This document shows positions 60,165 to 64,000 of a stretch of 64,000 nt of DNA, piece by piece. This DNA is from Nitrososphaeria archaeon (lineage in GTDB: Archaea > Thermoproteota > Nitrososphaeria > JACIWG01): assembly GCA_026413865.1 (NCBI GenBank), contig JAOAKB010000004.1, positions 1,664 to 65,663 on the forward strand. The letters are read 5' to 3'. Made by a program: the position numbers and the translations under genes. Each line of letters begins with the position of its first letter. The first letter of the stretch is position 1. The notes beneath the pieces were generated by a model. The model saw nothing but the letters and a program-made list of their open reading frames with translations. It was not told the DNA's origin and did no database searches.

Positions 60165-61782
60165 TTTTACTACAGTCCCATAAATCTTCTATAATTTGAA
60201 ACTTTTCTGGAGGGACAATCTTTGGAGGCTTGTATTGTCCTAAAGGAACATTATTCCTAGCCTGTTTAATAGCATATCTTGTGAAAGTGCCTCTAGAAAG
60301 AAACTCAACCTTTATAGCCTCTGAAGGACTACTTATCTTAAAGTCCCTAACATAGTCTCTAAATTCAGGATGTATATTATAGAGGACATCAAATATCATC
60401 CTCTCAGCTTCACCTTCACTTAAAGCCCACTCCTTTTCAAAAAGAACATAAAGCTTTTCACGTGGATGCAATATTTTGGATACAACCCATCTGTCCGATG
60501 CCTTAAAGTTTGCTTCAACAAGAGCCCTAGCCATAATGTCTTCTGTAACCCTAAAATAATCGTATATTGAAAGTAGTGTCTGAACCCTCCCTTCAAAAGA
60601 GAAAACAGGCATACCATCATAGAAGTCTATAACCCTAAACATATCACCAATTCTATATCTTACAAGCATAGTATAAAATGGAGTGCCAACAAGCTCATAA
60701 GATTCACCCTTCTTCAACTCATAAAGCTTCTTAACCTCACCTCGGCCATTAATAAATTCAAAATATAGGCTTCTAAGGTTTGGCATGAAATCCATTTTCC
60801 TATCAGGCCGCCCGAACATAGCACTACCAAATTCTGTAGAACCGTACGAGTTAAGAGGCTGTACACCAAACTCTCTTTCAAAAAAGTCTGCATATAATCT
60901 TGCATCAGTACTTCCGATCAAAACACCCTTCAAAGGCATAATTTCTTTTAAATCCTTTTGACCATGACCACCTAACTTTGTTAGAAAAAGTTTTAAAAGT
61001 ATAAGAAACCTTTTACTCCAGTTGGATGACATCTTATAGGACTCCTTCAAAAAATATTCTTGATCCGAAAAATATTTGCAAATCATGTAGAGCAGGGCAC
61101 CACTACCACCAGCCATATGAATTTTATGCCCATTATCAATCATCCTCAATGCAATAGAAAATTTTTTACCCATATCCCTAATTTTGTCAGCGACTTCAAT
61201 AGGTGGGACAAAATTTAGGAAATTGCTCCAAAACTTTAGAGCCCAACCACTTATGTATGGCGGTGGTGCAATAAGGTTTAAGGCGTTTGCATTATTATCT
61301 AAAACGTTTTCCCCCCATTCTCTAGAAAATGCTATAAGAACAAGAGCCATACTACTTGAAATAAATGTCTCATAAAAATTTTTTCCATGAACAAAGTATT
61401 TTGGCTTACCTGTTGTTCCAGTCGTTTTAACACAAAAATATGGTTCATCAGGCAGAAAGCCTTCAACAAGACCACGAATATTTTGCTCAAATAGTCTCAT
61501 ATAATAATCATGCAATGTTTCTCCTTCAGCTACAGGAACAGCTTTTTCACATTGTTCTAAAACTTCTGTAACCTTATCAAGCATAGGGTAATCATTATAT
61601 TCTGTTATAGGCAAATCGTCAATACTTCTCACACTCCTATTTCCACAAACTTTCTTTGCAGTAGAAGTATTAAGCCAATGGCTCAAATGCTTTTCCAAAA
61701 GATAATTGTTGTATTCAAGCTGTTGCTCAAAAGTTTTTCTATAAAAACCACAATATTTTTCCCAAAGCTGAAGATTATCCAT
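60157..61782 (-). CDS. GH3-family acyl-acid amido synthetase (adenylate-forming)
   Basis: LPITEYNDY, P-loop TTGTTGKPKY, motif II YGSTEFG, motif III LVRYRIGD, FEGR, C-terminal GQYKPPK. Confidence 0.85.
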   Translation of the reverse strand: MDNLQLWEKYCGFYRKTFEQQLEYNNYLLEKHLSHWLNTSTAKKVCGNRSVRSIDDLPITEYNDYPMLDKVTEVLEQCEKAVPVAEGETLHDYYMRLFEQNIRGLVEGFLPDEPYFCVKTTGTTGKPKYFVHGKNFYETFISSSMALVLIAFSREWGENVLDNNANALNLIAPPPYISGWALKFWSNFLNFVPPIEVADKIRDMGKKFSIALRMIDNGHKIHMAGGSGALLYMICKYFSDQEYFLKESYKMSSNWSKRFLILLKLFLTKLGGHGQKDLKEIMPLKGVLIGSTDARLYADFFEREFGVQPLNSYGSTEFGSAMFGRPDRKMDFMPNLRSLYFEFINGRGEVKKLYELKKGESYELVGTPFYTMLVRYRIGDMFRVIDFYDGMPVFSFEGRVQTLLSIYDYFRVTEDIMARALVEANFKASDRWVVSKILHPREKLYVLFEKEWALSEGEAERMIFDVLYNIHPEFRDYVRDFKISSPSEAIKVEFLSRGTFTRYAIKQARNNVPLGQYKPPKIVPPEKFQIIEDLWDCSKNA

Positions 61783-62483
61783 CAGAATACCTCTGGATAT
61801 GGAGTTATTACAATACCTTCATTAGGAACTATAGAATATTGATAGAACTTCATTTCATGCGCTACACCCCTCATTTTTAAAACTGCAAGCCGCCTCCTTA
61901 ACTCGCCTTTAACAGGCAAAAGCTCCAGCTTTATTATCCCGTCTACAACAAATTCTTCAACACCAGAACCAAGACTATCAACACCCCAAGGTGTTTCAGA
62001 TATGACAATACTTGTACAACCAAGCTTCCTAAGAAGCCTATGTATTATCGAAAGCACAACCCTTATTTCATCCTTCCTTTCTAGTGACATAGTCAAAGCA
62101 GTCAAAGAGTCTATCACAAGCCTTTGGGGAGAAAAAGAAAGGGCCTTTTCAAAGATCATGTCTAACATGCTTTCTAAACCAGACCTTTCTACAGCCATAA
62201 AATCAAGAATTTTAACCTTATCCTCTTCATCAAGTCTATCAAAATCCCATCCCATAGTCCTAGTAAACTGTTTTAAAGTCTGAACATTTTCATTAAATAT
62301 TATAAGCATACCTTTTTCAGAAAACTTTACAGCACCATTATACAGAAACTGTAAGGCTGTTAAAGTCTTTCCAGTTCCAGGACCACCAGCAATTAAGGTT
62401 ATTGAACCCCTCGGAAGACCGCCATTCAATATTCGATCCAATTCAGCTATTCCAGTAGAAGCCCTATCAATTTCAAAACTCAT
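61782..62483 (-). CDS. Single-domain KaiC/RAD55-like RecA-family ATPase
   Basis: STGIAELDRILNGGLP, Walker A GGPGTGKT, Walker B RLVIDS, GVEEFVVDGII, LKMRG. Confidence 0.93.
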   Translation of the reverse strand: MSFEIDRASTGIAELDRILNGGLPRGSITLIAGGPGTGKTLTALQFLYNGAVKFSEKGMLIIFNENVQTLKQFTRTMGWDFDRLDEEDKVKILDFMAVERSGLESMLDMIFEKALSFSPQRLVIDSLTALTMSLERKDEIRVVLSIIHRLLRKLGCTSIVISETPWGVDSLGSGVEEFVVDGIIKLELLPVKGELRRRLAVLKMRGVAHEMKFYQYSIVPNEGIVITPYPEVF

Positions 62484-63136
62484 TTTTCACCAACCTCAAT
62501 TATAAACTTTCCATAATCCTTAACAAGAGACTCAGAACGTCTAACATTAAACTTTTTATCATAAACCTTTTCAAGAAAACCTGCAATTATGCCTCTAATC
62601 AGATTCTCTGAAAGATTATTCTTAAAAGGTACACTTGAAACTGTAAGAAGACCATACCCTTTTTCATAATCCATTTTGGACAAGGATATTTCACCCCATC
62701 CATTCGACCTAAAAAGATTACAGAAACTTGAAATAAGATTTTCTTTTTCATCTGAAAACCTTTTCAAAAGCTCGCCATAAGTTCTTCCAATAGACAAGCC
62801 AATGTTAAAAACTATCAAAACACCACCAACACCAAAAGTTCCAACAATAACATTTAAAATATTATCCCAGCACACAGCAGGCACCATAATAGGTGAGCCT
62901 CCAGCAAACTCTTTTGTCGAAGGAAAAAACCTTTCAATAACATCATCACATAGTTCAACACTATAACCTTTTATTATTCCATTCGACTCCATCCTCTTAA
63001 TCCGCCTTGCAACAGTCCTATCTGAAACACCAACAACTTTAGCAATTTCATTACATTGGACTCTTGCATTTTCTTTAAGAAGCTTTAAAATTTTTAGGTC
63101 AAGGTCATCAATGTTACCTTTAACCAAACTAATCAA
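62480..63136 (-). CDS. Lrp/AsnC-type HTH fused to V4R ligand-binding domain
   Basis: DDLDLKILKLLKENAR...EIAKVVGVS..TV.RRIKRME..GII.GY HTH. C-terminal half IG..IGRTYG...GWGEI...RGIIAGFL is V4R-like rather than RAM. Confidence 0.82.
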   Translation of the reverse strand: MISLVKGNIDDLDLKILKLLKENARVQCNEIAKVVGVSDRTVARRIKRMESNGIIKGYSVELCDDVIERFFPSTKEFAGGSPIMVPAVCWDNILNVIVGTFGVGGVLIVFNIGLSIGRTYGELLKRFSDEKENLISSFCNLFRSNGWGEISLSKMDYEKGYGLLTVSSVPFKNNLSENLIRGIIAGFLEKVYDKKFNVRRSESLVKDYGKFIIEVGEK

Positions 63137-63234
63137 CTAGTATGACAGAAATCGTTATAAAAATATTATCTAAGACAAAAATTGTAGGACAAAAACATTT
63201 TTAGACAAAAAAAGACAAATTAAACCTAATGAAC

Positions 63235-63702
63235 CTACTCATTCTGGTACCTACCCCTATAGCCTTCCAAAGCCTTCCTTTCACATCTAACAAGCACAAG
63301 CTGAGCAAATCTTGCACCCTTTTCAATAACAATAGAGTTTTCAACCTTTAATAAAACCTTCGAAAAACCACTATATCCAGAATCCCAGAGGGCAGAACCA
63401 ACATAGGCGCCCATCCTAACCAGAGAAGACCTTGGAAAACATATTCCTACAGCATCAAGTGGTATAGAAATCTTTTCCCTAACTTGGACAACATAAACAC
63501 CCTTATCAAGAAAATATTGTCCTCTTTCATTACAGGAAACCTCAACATATTCTGGAAGAGTTACAACATCCCTTAATATGGCACCGGAACCCTTAATAGT
63601 GAAAATTTTTTCAACTGTCAAATCAACACCATTAACCTGAACTTGATTTTCACTAATTCCTTCAATAAACCTTGCAACATCATTACCAGCCAAAACAGAC
63701 AT
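63235..63702 (-). CDS. dUTPase/dCTP deaminase family protein
   Basis: QVNGVDLT, PRSSLVRMG, LWDSGYSG, GARFAQL, GYRGRYQ. Start set at ATG 63702; the ORF-track extension overlaps the tRNA. Confidence 0.9.
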   Translation of the reverse strand: MSVLAGNDVARFIEGISENQVQVNGVDLTVEKIFTIKGSGAILRDVVTLPEYVEVSCNERGQYFLDKGVYVVQVREKISIPLDAVGICFPRSSLVRMGAYVGSALWDSGYSGFSKVLLKVENSIVIEKGARFAQLVLVRCERKALEGYRGRYQNE

Positions 63703-63801
63703 ACCCAAACCATAAAAAAGACAAGAATATAAAATTAAAAAAACGAGAAATAAGAAAACGATAAAAATATATATGGAAAAATTAGTCCATAATCTATCGA
63801 C

Positions 63802-63919
63802 CCCGGGGTAGCTCAGCCTGGCAGAGCTTCCGGCTGTAGAAGTTTGCCTTGGCAAACTCGTTCAGCCTGTCAGGCTTACAGAAACCGGAGTGTCGGGTGT
63901 TCAAATCACCCCCCCGGGA
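63802..63919 (+). tRNA. tRNA-Tyr (GTA) with 44-nt intron at position 37/38 (63840-63883)
   Basis: Acceptor CCCGGGG/CCCCGGG+A (C1-G72); anticodon stem TCCGG/CCGGA; GTA at 63836-63838; BHB with helix CTGT/ACAG and bulges AGA/AAA; T arm GGGTG-TTCAAAT-CACCC. Confidence 0.96.
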
Positions 63920-64000
63920 TCATAACTTAGAGAAAGCGAATTTTAGCTGAAAATAATAAATATTATCATTTAATTAGCCCAATAAAACAAAGAGGGAATA

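Noticed and set aside
1320..62283. Numerous short antisense or nested ORFs in the ORF track (e.g. 19211-19672, 32150-32641, 39553-40014)
   Set aside because: They overlap well-supported genes and show no recognisable motifs; shadow ORFs.
61782..62483. Circadian clock interpretation of the KaiC homolog
   Set aside because: Single domain, no Ser/Thr phosphosites, and no kaiA/kaiB nearby.
63703..63855. N-terminal extension of the dUTPase ORF
   Set aside because: It runs antisense through tRNA-Tyr and its promoter; family similarity begins at ATG 63702.
1..64000. CRISPR arrays, rRNA, IS elements or integrases
   Set aside because: No regularly spaced repeats, rRNA-like GC-rich tracts, or transposase/integrase motifs were seen by eye.

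Overview
AT-rich, gene-dense archaeal chromosomal segment. Archaeal markers include archaeal-type SAM synthetase, Sm protein, Rio2, the thiolase/HMGCS/DUF35 triad, a C1-G72 tRNA-Tyr with a BHB intron and TATA-driven, apparently leaderless genes. A TACK/Thermoproteota anaerobe is inferred but not proven. Most of the window is metabolism and housekeeping: nucleoside-type ABC importer, bacterial-type PfkA, sugar/amino-acid enzymes, AOR, malic enzyme, LpdA and a HoxEFUYH group-3d-like NiFe hydrogenase. The most striking element is a translationally coupled four-gene operon at 58503-63136 (minus strand). It encodes an Lrp/AsnC-HTH-V4R regulator, a single-domain KaiC-like ATPase, a GH3 acyl-acid amido synthetase and a 7TM receptor fused to a degenerate KaiC/DUF835-like domain. 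This reads like a candidate archaeal signal synthase/receptor/transducer/regulator circuit. Also present are a CHASE4 histidine kinase broken by two compensating homopolymer indels, a decayed HEPN-MNT toxin-antitoxin pair beside tRNA-Arg, and a tRNA-Tyr intron made of two palindromes. All family calls come from motif recognition by eye; no database searches were run.
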